Positions 26,922-40,899 of a stretch of 64,000 nucleotides of DNA are shown piece after piece; positions within the stretch are counted from its first letter, which is position 1, and each line of letters begins with the position of its first letter. The notes under the pieces are model-generated. The model was not told where the DNA came from. It worked only from the letters and a program-made list of their open reading frames with translations, and made no database searches. The translations under genes were made by a program, and so were the position numbers. Source of the DNA: Eledone cirrhosa (taxonomy: Eukaryota); NCBI GenBank assembly GCA_964016885.1, contig OZ024755.1, positions 17,484,001 through 17,548,000 on the forward strand, read 5' to 3'.

Positions 26922-28088
26922 TTAAATGAAAGTCTGTTTATGTTTAGCTTTTCTTTTCTACCTTCTAGATATATTCCACAACAAACCAAATACTTTCTTT
27001 ACTGTTTCTAAACTCAGTTTGCTTTTCTTAACTCTTATCATATTTTTTGTTTAACAACTCGTATACATTTAATTTTCTAAATGCTTTTTTTTTATGATTG
27101 TAATATACTTATTTGTTTTGAGACTGCCTAAAATAACATTTACAATTCCTCTGCTGTTATTGATACAGTCTAAAAATAACATTTATGTCACCATCCCTAC
27201 TTCACTACCACCACAACATAATCTAAAAAACATACATTAAATATAGTGTACTTTTTAATGTGTTGATAATAGAAATCAATAGAAGACTCTTGATGAGATA
27301 AGTCAGACCCTTGTCTCCACTACATGAAATATCTCTTTTTAGTGTATTAATATAAAGATAAGCTAAATTAATTAGAACGTATCATAATTTTCAATATAAA
27401 GATAAACCAAATTGTAATTTATCACATTTTGGAATATTAGGATAAATCAAATTAATTATGACTTATCAAATTAGTTATATTTTTATGCATTAATATAAAT
27501 GTTATTCATATAAAATTAGAATAAAAATTGAAACATTTTTTCCAGTAGTTGCACGCTTTCCAAAGGCTGTTTCTTTGGAATTCCTTAATGTACCCAACAG
27601 ATGGGTTCATTTTTAAGGTGCATTAAATTATTAAAGTAAGGAATTCAATAACTTACACATCAAATTTTGAGGCCTGTCAAGGCTGTATCAGCTTTTAATC
27701 CTTTCATTAGCATATTTCTTGTGAAAAACATGATTTTCAAATCATTTTGAAAATAATAAAGAATTTAGAAGAATTTATTAATACAGTTTTTACATTATTG
27801 AACTTGTGTTTGAAACAGAAATTAAAATACAAGAGGGATGTATTGGAAAATACCCCTATTTAAAATTTGTCAGTTGCCAAGCAGTTTTTTTAATTTATCA
27901 ACTTGGCATTAAGAATATATAATATTTCGAGATAAACAGTACCTAACTAATGAGGGTTGACTGAAAAATTAATATGCTGACCAAGATACTCTCTTGGAAT
28001 TACCAAATAAGGTTTATTTTTCTAAATAGTCCCTGAAAAGAAACAATGCAGTTATTTTTCTTTCTCTTCTATTTTTTTTATTCTTTAG

Positions 28089-28403
28089 AATCTTCAACAA
28101 GAAATCAATGAAAAACATGATGATCTTGAAAGTATTAATAAACAATATAAATATCTTATAAAGGAAGGCTATGTTGACAGCAATGATGGAATAAAGAACA
28201 AAACAATGGAATGTAATGAGAGATGGGACAATCTGTCTAAAGATGTGATGTGTATTATGGGCAACATGAGAAAATCTGCTGTGACCTGGGATGAATATCA
28301 TTTCCTACATGAGGAACTTATGAATTGGCTGAAAGATGTCGATGGAAAATTGATCCAGATTGAAAAAGCTGAAGATATCTCTAATAATTTTGAGTGCCTT
28401 TCA
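28089..28403 (+). CDS. SYNE1: Nesprin-1-like exon E
   Basis: tttAG acceptor, TCA|GTAAG donor, 315 nt, phase 0 to 0. NLQQEINEKHDDLESINKQYKYL...CNERWDNLSKDV...LMNWLKDVDGKLIQIE shows spectrin-repeat Trp motifs. Confidence 0.9.
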
Positions 28404-29255
28404 GTAAGATATTTTAGCCTTATTTTATATATCTGTTTGTTGTGGAAGAATGGGTTTGTGTGTGTATGTAGGGGAGGGGGATTTTGGAGATTTCATTGGC
28501 AAACGTAATTACAATGAGAAAAGGATCCCCAATAATTATGAGTGCCTTTCAGGAAGATATTTTAGCCATATTTTATATATCAGTTTATTGTGGAAGAATG
28601 GATTTATTTCTCTCTCTCTCTCTCTCTCTGTCTAGGAGGAGGTGTGTACATTTTTGTAAAATTAATTGGCAAACGTATTCAAAATAAGGAAAGAAAGCAG
28701 GTAAGGGAAGATAGAAAGATTGAATTGACACTTTCAAGAGAGAAATGGACAAACTAGCATGTGATAAATTTATCAAGCCTTTTATTACTGGAATAAATTT
28801 CAGGGAAGTTCCTTTCAAATGAATGACATATCAGATAAATATTAGACTGAAGAGTAGTTTGAGTTAGTTTTAAGATCAATATTCTTTTTCTTTAAGAAAA
28901 TACTTCCCATAAAGCAATCATTTTTTCTCAGAACTTTGTATTAAATTGTTCTTGCAAATCCAATATTCTCTGAGTAGAAATCCCCCCCACCCCCCATGTC
29001 TTCTTATTTTTGAAAACGTTTTCAATTTTTAATTTCTCATAATTTCATTTTGATGCAATTCACAGACAAAACAATTCAGGAATATATTGAAAGAAGCAGA
29101 TGATGATGATAATAATATTATTAGTGTGTCTTTGTTAACAGGAGTGGAATGTGACTCTAAAAGAATATTTTGATAGTTTCAAATAAAATATTAATGACAT
29201 TCCAAATATTTCACATATAAATATTATATAATGTAGATAATTATATATATATATA

Positions 29256-30540
29256 CAGGGTGCGGACGATATTTGTTCGCAAGATTACTGTCTAGGAAAA
29301 AATAACACAGTAGTTTTATTTTTTAAGATATATTTATCAAACTTGTCAGTTTGTCTTCATGGCTTGTTCTTTCGATCTCACTCGATTAACCCGCAATTGG
29401 CTTTGATGACGGCCTCAAGGCGGCCTCGGAACCGGGTACAGGCCTTCGTCACTGTCCCCCGACTTAGGCTCCTAAAGGCACTTGTGATCCTAGCCTTCAG
29501 ATCGTCTTTCGTATTGCAGCTAGATCTGTTGGTGTCTCGTTCCACTGCGCCCCACACAAAGAAGTCGAGGGGGTTGCAGTCAGGCGAGCTGGGAGGCCAG
29601 ATGTCAGGTGAAGTGTGGTCGACGATATTCTCTGACAGCTGGTATGGCAGGGCACTGAGTCTTGCTGCCACACGTATGGCCTACCTGCAGCTACCTGGTC
29701 AATTCAGGGCTTTACTACCTCGCTCAGAACGCGGATGTAGCCATCGGTGTTCAGCTTGAGGCCTTCAGGGAAGAAGTGAAGTGGCATGACGTCACCTTGA
29801 CTGCTGATGACACCTAAGACCAATGTTGTCACTGGAAACTTTGTCTGCATGACTCTAGGCATGTCTTTGGATGAGACAGCGAGCCACCTGTTGTTCTGGG
29901 AGTTGATCAGCTGGTCTTGGCAAAAGTTTTTCTCGTCGGAGAAAAACCACAGCATGTCTGGCTCCAGTGGGTGTTTCAACTTGTTGATCAGCTTCTTTGC
30001 GTGCTTCAGTCGCTTTTCTTGCATCGCCTTTGACAGAAATTGTCCTTTCCTCATCTTGTATGAAACGTAGCGAAGGTCTTCATGTACCACCAGCCTAATG
30101 AGCTTTTCATCCACGCCTTTCTCCCTTGCAATGGCACGCATCGACTTGCTAGGTTCATTGTTGATGATATCCTGAACTTCAGTGATGAACTCGGGCGTTC
30201 TGGAGGCGTCAGATTGCCGATCATGTGTTTTCCTCTCTGATGTTCCTTCGTAGTCGAATCCTGAATCTTCCAATTCCTTTCTGACCTTTTCCACCATTCT
30301 CCTGCTGATGCTGAGAAAGTCTGAAATTTCCTTATTTGTCCTCCCGGCGCAGATTCCAAGAAGAACTCTGTGTCTCTTCCACAAATTTGGAGGTTCACAA
30401 TTATTCATAATCAATTATTCTGAAAATAAATAATGGAAATATAGTCACTGTTTTTATGAAGACAAGAGTGACAACTGAAGTAAAAAAATTTGCATAAAAT
30501 TAGCAGTTGAAAATTGCGAACAAATATCGTCCACACCCTG
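29256..30540 (-). mobile_element. Full-length Tc1/mariner-superfamily DNA transposon (maT/DD37D-like), 1285 bp
   Basis: 27-bp terminal inverted repeats CAGGGTG(C/T)GGACGATATTTGTTCGCAA with 1 mismatch, TA on both sides, and an internal transposase. Confidence 0.95.
29378..30414 (-). pseudogene. Disabled DDD transposase
   Basis: N-terminal HTH-like region and motifs FSDEKNF, YVWQQDSVPCH and WPPSSPDCNPLDFFVW. In-frame TGA at 29704-29706 and a frameshifting deletion between the 2nd and 3rd catalytic Asp. Confidence 0.9.
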
Positions 30541-30588
30541 TATAAATATATATATATATGTGTGTGTGTACATATATATATACATCAT

Positions 30589-30623
<35 letters not shown>

Positions 30624-30867
30624 CATACATATAGCAGGGATAGCAAACTTTAAATGATGATGATCATCATCATATGTATGTATGTGTACACTTCAATTTT
30701 ATACTTGCAATAATGGAAAATAAAAATTCAAATAATATTAATAGATAAACTATTAATTTCTAACATAGACATAGGGCCATAAATTTAAGGAGTTTGGTAG
30801 GGAAATAAAGTTGATTAAATCACTCTGAGTACTTGACTGGTACTTGTTTTGTCAACTTAGATTCTGT

Positions 30868-31225
30868 TCAATTCCCACAACTAAGTGAATCAAGATCCTG
30901 TATTGATCCCCACAACTATATGGGCTAAAGTCCTGTATTGATCCCCACAACTATATGGGCTAAAGTTCTGTATTGATTCCCACAACACACTGGACTAGAT
31001 ACTATATCAATTCCCACAACTATGTGAGCTAAGACCCTGTATCAATTCCCACAACTAAGTGGGCTAAAGTCCTATATCACATCTAAGGTCTGTATCCCAC
31101 ATCTAAGTGGACTGTGATCCCTCTATTAATTCCCACAACTAAATGGACTAAGATCTTGTATCAATTCCCACAACTATGTGGCCTAAAATCTCTATATCAG
31201 TACCCACAACTAAATAGACCAAGTC
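30868..31225 (+). repeat. 35-bp minisatellite
   Basis: Unit tattgatccccacaactatatgggctaaagtcctg, period 35 (30901 to 30936). Confidence 0.85.
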
Positions 31226-32329
31226 CCAAAGAGTAAAGTACTTCTGTTCTCCTATGAAATAAAACATAACCTCTACAGTTCATTTGAACTCACAACACTT
31301 TAGCTGGGAGCAAGCCTATCATTAGGTTTTGGAGCTTAGAGGGTTGGGGTGGGGTTTCAGACCATTCAGGAGTGGGTACTTTCATTCATAATAATTCTAA
31401 TGTAAAGTTTCAAAATAAACACATCACTGTCAATATTTCTTTTTCTAAATCTGAGGATGAACCATTAAAACGTAAAGGTGGAAATGGTGGCAGTTCCATC
31501 CAAGTCTTCCACTCCCCCCACTTCGTTGATGATGGAGAGTCCAATATATCATCTTCTCTATCATTTATGCCTCTACAAAATATAAAAATATATGAAATTT
31601 TATGAGATTAATTCATCAATAATCTGGACTTGGTTTTTTTTTTCTTTCTTCAAAGACTTTTATCTGAGAAGAGAAAAACTGTTACGTTACTTTTCCTTTC
31701 ACATCATATATTTTCTATCCACTTAAGTGTTTCATACTTATCTAGACATCTCAGCTTTTTAAGCTGGAGCATTCATAAGTCTACTATTCTATATTTTTGT
31801 TTTTACCCTAAAGAAGAAATCATATGTGGAAATATGGCTATGTGGTTAAGTGAGTTTACTTTGATACCACATGGTTTTAGGTTCAACCTCACTAAATGGC
31901 ATCTTGGGGAAAAGTCTTTCTGCCATAGCTTTGGGTTTGTAAAATGCTTTGTCAGTGAAATTTCATAGATGGAAATCATCATCATCATTTAACATCTATC
32001 TTCCACGCTAGCATGGGTTTAGATGGGAATTGTCCCACGTGAGGCAAGATTGGTTGTCTTGCTCGTATAGGACTATCTGGCAGGTTTTCTACGGCTGGAT
32101 GTCCTTCCTAACACCAACCACGTTTACAGTATGGACTGGGAGGATTTTACCATGTTACCTACACGGCCACAGTACAGCGTGGACTGTGTGTTTTTTTATA
32201 TTACTATTACACATCCAACAGAGCATGCAAGCTTTGTTCCTCTCCAGGCTGCGCAGATCCTCTGCACACAATGCCCATGTTTCACTGCCATGTAACATTG
32301 CTGTTCGTATGCAGGAAATATGTACATAT

Positions 32330-32527
32330 ATTTATAACATTAAATTAGAAGTCAAATGTTATATATATAAAATAAACATATCAAATATATATATAATAAA
32401 CATATCAAACAATTACAGGGTAATTTGTAAAGAGCGTAGACTCTTTACAAATTATCCCCTGTAATTGTTTGATGTGTTTATTTTATATAAATATGTCATT
32501 CGACTTTTAATTTAATGTTAATAAATG
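32330..32527. repeat. Imperfect palindrome, about 90-100-bp arms
   Basis: ...aattacagggtaatttgtaaagag cgtaga ctctttacaaattatcccctgtaatt... Confidence 0.85.
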
Positions 32528-32673
32528 CTCAGATTTATTACTTAGAATCTTTGAGCTTATTCCACAGGTGGTATGGCACATGCTTCTGATATTCTCAGAC
32601 ATGGCATCTTTAATCTACTTCTGGTACCCCAGCATCACCTCAGCCAGATGGCTGGAACAGGTAAAAGAGTAAA

Positions 32674-32707
<34 letters not shown>

Positions 32708-32959
32708 CCATTAGTTTTTCCATTGCTCATACTATTACTGGTTGTAACTCCTAGCAGAAAGAGCAACGTGAATTAAAGTGTCTTGCTCAAGAACATAATT
32801 TGGTAGGGAGCTTAGTAATGTAGAAAACAAAGAGTAGGACAGCTGTTTGCCATCAAGGATATAAAACATCATCAGGGAATCGAACTCACAACATCACAAT
32901 TATGAATTCAGTCCGCTAACCACTAGAATTTTAGTTCAAACTACTATTATTTAACCCTT

Positions 32960-33266
32960 GTGAATGGCCCGAGTGAATGGGCCGACTCTGAGTATATATC
33001 TGTAAACTAAAGGTGGAAAACTGGGAGAGGGCACTTGCCTTGGTGGTCAGGGTCATTGTGGCTTTTTACTGGGCTTTCTCCACAAATGTCCCTCCGAAGT
33101 CTCCCCCCTATTGGGGAATTTTTCATTGTTATTTTCATTGTTATTTTTGTTACATCCTCTGTTTTTGTTTTTTACACGCAGAAATGCCCATTTGTACCGT
33201 CCTGCATTGTCCTGCACTGTCCTTAATGTCTACTTTATGTAAACCCTTGTGGTTAATAAAGAAAAC
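32960..33266 (+). mobile_element. 5'-truncated LINE 3' end (Tx1/L1-like), 14-bp TSD
   Basis: Near-identical to 53624-53929. Flanked by direct repeat ATTATTTAACCCTT (32946-32959 and 33267-33280). AATAAA near the 3' end. Confidence 0.75.
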
Positions 33267-33275
33267 ATTATTTAA

Positions 33276-33487
33276 CCCTTTAGCATTTACATTATACTAT
33301 TGTATTTTCAGGATAATAACTTTATTTTACATACTTATCTCACATAATATTGAATCTATGAGATTTTGATATTATTTATTTTGAGAACAATACCTTAACA
33401 TAAGTATGTGCAGCCAGTTATGGCTGGTTTGAACAGAGAGGGGTGAGAGAATTCTGGCCGAATACAGCCAGTTTAAATGATAAAGGG
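33276..33487. mobile_element. TTAA-type MITE
   Basis: TTAA on both sides. The paralogous empty site is visible at about 33620-33640. Confidence 0.85.
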
Positions 33488-35413
33488 TTAACACATTAGT
33501 TTCATTTTCACAATATATTTTCTACCGCCCACAAAGCTATAAAGAAATTGTGTTATAGGGTCAGCATTCTTTTACTGCAGATCAAAAATTTCTTATAGCT
33601 CTAGAATTTTAGTTCAAACAACTATTATTTAACACATTAGTTTCATTTTCACAATATATTTTCTACCTCCTTCAAAGATATAAAAACTGATGTCATAAGG
33701 TCAGCATTCTTTTACTGTAGAACTAGTAATAGAATGTCTTATAGCTCTATAATTTTGAATACAAAACTAATTAAATAACCTTCCCCTACCTCCCTCATGT
33801 TTTGTCATTCAAAGCATCTGTTTTCTAATTGACAAGATTTTAGGTGATTAAACATATAACAGGTTTGTGAAAGTTCAAGTGCTTAATTCACAAAGAACTG
33901 TTGTTTTTCTGACAAAGCCCTGGCTTTTAAGAATGCATGTTTATGTGGCTGTGTATGTATATGCATGTGTGAGCATGTCTCCATACGATTGTGTGTAGTA
34001 CATGAGTGTCTATTTATGTGTGTGCATTCAGGGCATGTATATGTTTATAGAGCATATTTATGTCTGTGTGTGTTTATGTGCAAGGCATGTGTGTGTGTGT
34101 GTGTGCACGTGTGTGTGTATGTGTGTGTTACAGAACCTGTATATGTGTGTGTGCAGGATGTAGTGTGTGTATGTGTATGTTATAAAGTATCTATATATGT
34201 GTGTGCAGGACATGTGTGTCTATGTGTATATATGTGCAGGACGTGTGTGTGTGTGTGTGTCTATGTGCATGTTACAAAGCAATTATATGCATGTGTATGC
34301 ATATGTTACAGAGCATTTATATGTATGTGTATGTTAGAGTATTTATATGTATGTATGTGTATGTTAGAGTATTTATAAGTATGTGTATGTTAGAGTATTT
34401 ATATGTATGTATGTGTATGTTAGAGTATTTATAAGTATGTGTATGCATGTGCAGGATGTGCGTGCATATACCTATGTGTGTGTATGCATATGTTACAGAG
34501 CATTTATATGTATGTGTATGCTAGAGTATTTATATGTATGTATGTGTATGTTAAAGTATTTATAAGTATGTGTATGTTAGAGTATTTATATGTATGTATG
34601 TATATGTTAAAGTATTTATAAGTATGAGTATGTTAGAGTATTTATATGTATGTATGTATGTGTATGTTAAAGTATTTATAAGTGTGTGTATGTTAGAGTA
34701 TTTATAAGTATGTATGTGTATGTTAAAGTATTTATAAGTATGTGTATGTATGTGCAGGATGTGTGTGCATATATATATATGTGTGTGTATGCATATGTTA
34801 CAGAGTCTTTATAAGTATCTGTATGTACATGTGTAATATCTATGAATTCTGTGAATTAGATTTCCTGTATAGAACTGATGTTCCCTTGCCTCCATGATGG
34901 GTGCTGCTATCTTTAGTACAAATTGATTGTCACATTTAATTTATTACTCATGTGGCAGTTATCAAAAGTGACATGTAAAGTCAGTCTGCATATGTTTGTG
35001 TGTATCTGCAACTGCTAGCTAAACTACCTCTTAGCTGAAAATAGCTTTTTAATCAATTGAGTAATTTAGAAGCTAATGGATTCTTGCTAATATGATATTA
35101 AACTGATTTTCATCTCATTTATCTGCGCTTGCCTCAGGTGAATAAATCTGAGTCAGCAAATAATACTTCAAGAGAGCATAAGACATTTAATAGAAGTGAT
35201 AGAATTTAGTGTAACTATAAGACTAACGCTATTAGTATGGTGACTATTTTGTGTTAGTGGCATGGTTTTTTTTTGGGGGGGGGTTTGAGAGGGGGGGGGG
35301 GGTCATTTTGTTTTTTGTTTTATTTTGTTTTACTTTACTGCTTTTTAACATTTATTTCAATTACTAAGAACTTATTAGATACTTATCCAATAATATCATT
35401 ACTTTACTTTCAG

Positions 35414-35614
35414 CAACTAAAACATGAACACAGCATGAGAAAAGGTAAATTCCAGCGGTTTAGTGGTTTAACAGATCAGCTGCTAGAACTGGTTGAGGAG
35501 AATGCTAATAAAAGTCATTTACAGCTGGAAGTTGACAAGTTCCAGGATTATCATGACTTCGTTATTGGTCGTCTCCTCCAACTCCATGAAAAAACAAACA
35601 CTGATAAAGATACT
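35414..35614 (+). CDS. SYNE1: Nesprin-1-like exon F
   Basis: ttcAG acceptor, ACT|GTAAA donor, 201 nt, phase 0 to 0. QLKHEHSMRKGKFQRFSGLTDQLLELVEENANKSHLQLEVDKFQDYHDFVIGRLLQLHEK, helical and consistent with a repeat end. Confidence 0.82.
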
Positions 35615-35679
35615 GTAAATATATAATTTTTCAATTGAATCTATTACTCATATCTGGCGTTTATCAAAACTGGCATATG

Positions 35680-36363
35680 TTTCTTCTTCTTCTTCTTCTT
35701 CTTTTTCTTCTTCTTCTTCTTCTTCTTCTTCTTTTTCTTCTTTTTCTTTTTCTTTTTCTTTTTCTTCTTCTTCTCCTTCTCCTTCTCCTTCTTCTTTTTC
35801 TTCTTCTTCTTCTTCTTCTTCTTTTTCTTCTTCTTCTTCTTCTTTTTTTTCTTTTTCTTTTTCTTTTTCTTCTTCTTCTCCTTCTTCTTCTCCTTCTTCT
35901 TCTCCTTCTCCTTCTCCTTCTTCTTCTTCTTCTTTTTCTTCTTCTTCTTCTTCTTTTTCTTCTTTTTCTTTTTCTTTTTCTTCTTCTTCTTCTTCTTTTT
36001 CTTCTTCTTCTTCTTCTTTTTCTTCTTTTTCTTTTTCTTTTTCTTTTTCTTCTTCTTCTCCTTCTCCTTCTCCTTCTTCTTTTTCTTCTTCTTCTTCTTC
36101 TTCTTCTTCTTCTTCTTCTTTTTCTTCTTCTTCTTCTTCTTTTTTTTCTTCTTTTTCTTCTTCTTTTTCTTTTTCTTTTTCTTTTTCTTCTTCTTCTCCT
36201 TCTTCTTCTCCTTCTCCTTCTCCTTCTTCTTTTTCTTCTCCTTCTTCTTCTCCTTCTCCTTCTCCTTCTCCTTTTTCTTCTTCTTCTTCTTTTTCTTCTT
36301 CTTCTTCTTCTTCTTCTTCTCCTTCTCTTTCTTCTTCTTCTTCTTCTTCTCCTTCTTCTTCTT
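35680..36363. repeat. (TTC/TTTTTC/TCC)n polypyrimidine microsatellite
   Basis: About 680 bp of pure pyrimidine on the plus strand. Confidence 0.95.
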
Positions 36364-38357
36364 CACCCACTTATTCCTGAGAAGGTCGTGGAGACAGAGT
36401 CCTCAAAGATGCCTTCAAGCAGGTCCTGTCAAAAGCAACCATCTCCAAGTGAGACTATCCAAAATCATGGACGTCATCCAATCTTCTAGCTCAGGGTTTA
36501 CTCCCGGGTCTCCTGCCAGTTGCTTTTTTGGCCCATAAAATCTGCACTTCAACTACCAAATAAAAATATAGATTAAAGTTTCTGTCAGGTTGGGGCTCCA
36601 TTAATACATGCATAGGTTACATAGAATTTATTTTTGGTAATTGTCTCGAAAGAAACTTTGCTGCCAATACTCCAAGCTTGTTTCCAACCATTATTGCTGT
36701 GGTGGATTGGCAGTATCGGTAGAGGGTCGGACACCATGCTTTGACGCAAAGAGTTACGGCCCTTTATGTTTTGAGTTCAAATGCCGCCGAGGTTAACTTT
36801 GCCTTTCATCCTTACGGGGTCGATGAAATAAAGTACCAGTAATGCACTGGGATAATTGCTGGCCTTGTGCCAAAAGTAGAAATAATTATTGCTGGCTTGC
36901 ATGTTCATGAACCAAAACATTTTATACTTGGAAAAATTGTTCATAAACTGAAGTTTCACTGTATTTCATATATTTCCACCCAATTTCCTCCTTCTTTATT
37001 CCAAATTGAGGTGAAGCAACAATATAAATCAACTAAATATGTATTTTATTGACTCTGGAAATATAAAATGAAAAACCAACCATACCATGGTTTAATTTGA
37101 ATTCAAAACATATAGAGGTGTAATCAAATACTATTTGGCATTTAATTTTGGTATTATATTGAGTTTATCAGTCATTACTTTCATTTCCTTTGAAGTATTG
37201 GTTTCTACTATAGGCACAAAGCCAACAATTTTGGTAGCATTTACATTACTCTATATATAATATTGTATTTTTGTGGTAAAGGCTTTATCTTACATAATTA
37301 TCTCACATAATATTGAATCTATGTGATTTTGATGTTATTTATTTTGAAAACAATACTTTAACATCAGTATGTGTGGCCAGTTATGGCTGGTTTCAACAGA
37401 AAGAGGTGAGAGAATTCTAATTGATCGGATATGGACGGTTTAAATGCTAAAGGGTTAAATCAACCTCAGTACATTACTGGTACTTTATTTTATTGACCCC
37501 GTAAGGATGAAAGGCAAAGCTAACCATGTATGCCGGCCATAAATCATGTTGTCCGACACTCCACTGCCTCTACCGATATATTACTACAGAATGTGTTGGG
37601 CTTTTCCTTTTATATGATATCACTAATAAACAAAAAAAACCTACCAAATTTTACTTTATAGTTATAAAAGTCTGTAGACTCATAGACACAAATACAAAAA
37701 AAAACAGCAATAAATTAAAGTGAGTTTATTTGCCATACAAATATATAAAAACAATCATCCAGTATATTGGATAAATGTATTACTGTGGGGGGAAAAAATA
37801 AACCCCAAAAAAACATGAAGACCAACCAATTAAGTGTTTTGTCCAAAAAAGTTGATTTTTCACTCCTTGCAACAAGTCAAATAACTTTTTCGATTTTTAT
37901 TTACTAGGATATTTTTAAACACTCAGACGCATATGTGTATATATGTGTGTGTATGTGCATATGCACACACTCACAGACATACATTCACATAAACACACAC
38001 ATCCATTCACACATACACGCATACATTTACACAAATACATGCATACACATACATTCACACACAGAGTAATAAATGGAATGCCAGCCACTGTTTTGCTATA
38101 GTTTTTTCACCATCCCCTTCCTTCCTTTTACACACACATACATTCACACAGGCAGCAGATGTAAAGAGAGAGGAGTAGTATGAGGTAGTCAAACTACTCC
38201 TCTCTCTTTACGTGTTGTGACAGAATTGCAGAAATTTATATAGAGATTTTTTTTTTTTTCATCTCCAAACATTTATGAATCATTTTTCTGCTGATGTAAA
38301 GCACCACAAGTTTCACTGGGTTGTGTTTTGTACTTTATTTTATGTCTCTATTTCTAG

Positions 38358-38472
38358 GTTGATGCTTCTGGCGTCCCTACAACATCTGAACAAGAACTCC
38401 GATGTATGGAGCTTAAGAGACAAGTAGTAAAATTCAAGATAAATCGAAGATTACCTGAACAATATTCTGCTG
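38358..38472 (+). CDS. SYNE1: Nesprin-1-like exon G (linker region)
   Basis: tctAG acceptor, G|GTAAT donor, 115 nt, phase 0 to 1, exactly bridging exon F (phase 0) and exon H (phase 1). VDASGVPTTSEQELRCMELKRQVVKFKINRRLPEQYSA. Confidence 0.7.
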
Positions 38473-38505
38473 GTAATTATTCACAGAAATATTCTTCCTT
38501 TTTTT

Positions 38506-38539
<34 letters not shown>

Positions 38540-38541
<2 letters not shown>

Positions 38542-39070
38542 TAGTGGCCTCAGCCAAAATCGACTCGACAATTGATCTCCACGTGGGTCTGTCATTCATT
38601 GCTGTTGCCAAATCCTGGATTTCAATACCAGAATCTCTAGAGATGACATCGGGCTAGAAGAGCCTGCGCCCCCTGTCATTAGTGACTGCTTGTGGTTTCC
38701 AAAGCAATAATGAGGACACAGCCTCGTAGGTGGCACGATGGCAGTGGCCAGCAAATCTTACTCTCCTTTTACATACAACAACAGATATGCGTGGGTGGCT
38801 GGCATATATCTCTCTCAAAGTCAGATGTCGCCAGCTTAGGTTCTGAATGCGTTGAAGCAGGCGAGTGTAGGTGCCATCACGTCACTTTTGTTGTTTGGAT
38901 GAAAGCGTCCATGTTTCACTTCCATATAGCAAGATTGGTTGAATTGTTACTTGGAAGAGTTTGATCTTGGTGTTGTTGGAAAGATTTGAGCACCAAACTC
39001 GATCCATCTTGTTGCAAGCTGACCATGCTTGGGCCTTTCTGGTGGCAAAATCCTTCTCAGAATCCATGAT
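38540..39070 (-). mobile_element. Degenerate RTE LINE fragment
   Basis: KIKLFQVTIQPILLYGSETWTLS...FAGHC...DRPTWRSIV motifs. Confidence 0.8.
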
Positions 39071-39129
39071 CCATCATCATCATAATCACCACCACCACCA
39101 TCTTCACCATCATCATCATCATCATCATC

Positions 39130-39163
<34 letters not shown>

Positions 39164-39639
39164 TCACCATCAACATCATCAACCGCTGCCCTACACCAGA
39201 TTAATTTATTGTTTCTACTATTGGCGCAAGGCTAGCAATTTGAAGGGGATGGGAAAGTCAATTAAATTGACCTCAGTGCATCTCTGGTACTTTATTTGTA
39301 AGGATGAAAGGCAAAACTAACCTCAGCAGGATTTGAACTCAGAACGAAAAGGGCCATAACTCTATACTACAAAGTATGGCGTCCGACCCTCTACTGATAC
39401 TGCCAATCCAAAACAGTTAGTTATGATATTAGATCCCTTGAAATTCTTGATTATTTTTGAAAATTATTTGAGAACACAAATGTCTTTCATAAGAAATAGA
39501 GTAAGAGAAGAGTTAACGGTGATTCCATGGCTGCTGAGATTTAGAAATAAAATAAAATAATGCACTTGGTTTCCACTCAGTAATCTCTTCAACCTAGAAT
39601 TTTGTCTTGTGTTATCATCATCATCAGCAGCATCATGGC

Positions 39640-40385
39640 GGCGGTGGTAGGTAGTGGTGGAGATGATGATGACAATAATGATAATGGAAATGACAGTGAT
39701 GATGATGATGGTGATGATGATGATGATGATGATAATTGTGATGGAAAAGACGATGGTGATGATGATGATGACAAAGATGATGACGATGTAAAAAAATGAT
39801 GATGATAATGGAAACAGTGATGGTGATGGTGGTGGTGGTGGTGGTGATTGTGGGGGTGGGGGAGGGGCGTTGTGGTGGGGGCGGTTTTGAGTGGTGGGGA
39901 TCATGGTGGTGGTGGTGAGTGGTGGTGGTGAGTGGTGGTGTTGTTGGTGGTGGTAATCATATAAAAGATGATGATGGTGGTGGTGATGATTGTGGGGGTG
40001 GGGATGGTTTTGAGTGGTGGGGATCACGGTGGTGGTGGTGAGTGGTGGTGAGTGGTGGTGTTGGTGGTGGTAATCATATAAAAGATAATGATGAGGATGA
40101 TGATGATAATGGAAACGGTGATGATGATGATGGTGGTGGTGGTGGTGATTGTGGGGGTGGGGATGGTTTTGAGTGGTGGGGATCATGGTGGTGGTGGTGG
40201 TGGTGGTAATCATATAAACGATAATGATGAGGATGATGATGATAATGGAAACGGTGATGATGATGATGGTGGTGGTGGTGGTGGTGATTGTGGGGGTGGG
40301 GATGGTTTTGAGTGGTGGGGATCATGGTGGTGGTGGTGAGTGGTGGTGGTGGTGGTAATCATATAAAAGATGATGATGAGGATGG
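39640..40385. repeat. (GAT/GGT)n compound repeat with higher-order units
   Basis: Repeated gattgtgggggtggggatggttttgagtggtggggatcatggtgg. Confidence 0.9.
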
Positions 40386-40816
40386 AAACGGTGACGCCAC
40401 CAATGATAATGATGATGCTTTTAATAAGTGGCAAGTCAACTGGCAGAAGATATTTTAATGGTATGATGGCTGACAGCAGCCAGACTGTCATTTTGGTTCA
40501 ATTCTTTTGTTTACAATGTTTAGATTAGTTTCCATTTGAAATGTTTCTAAAAAAAAAAAGATAAAAAGGAAAGAAAGGAAAAGAAGAAGGAGAGGAAAAT
40601 ATGAAAGAAGCAATGATCACTAAACAAAACTAAAATATTAAAGACTTTAGCAAATATATCATAAATCAAATCTTTCATTCTTAATTTCTTTATGTATATA
40701 TTGATTGTTTATCTGTTGTTATATATATATATATATATATATATATGCATGTGTGTTGTGTGTGTATATAAATATACCTATATATATATACATACGTATA
40801 TATATTGGCGTACATT

Positions 40817-40853
<37 letters not shown>

Positions 40854-40899
40854 GTTTATATAAATATATACACACACACACACATATATATATATATTT

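Noticed and set aside
35635-36489. Poly-L, poly-K and poly-E ORFs
   Set aside because: (TTC)n microsatellite in an intron.
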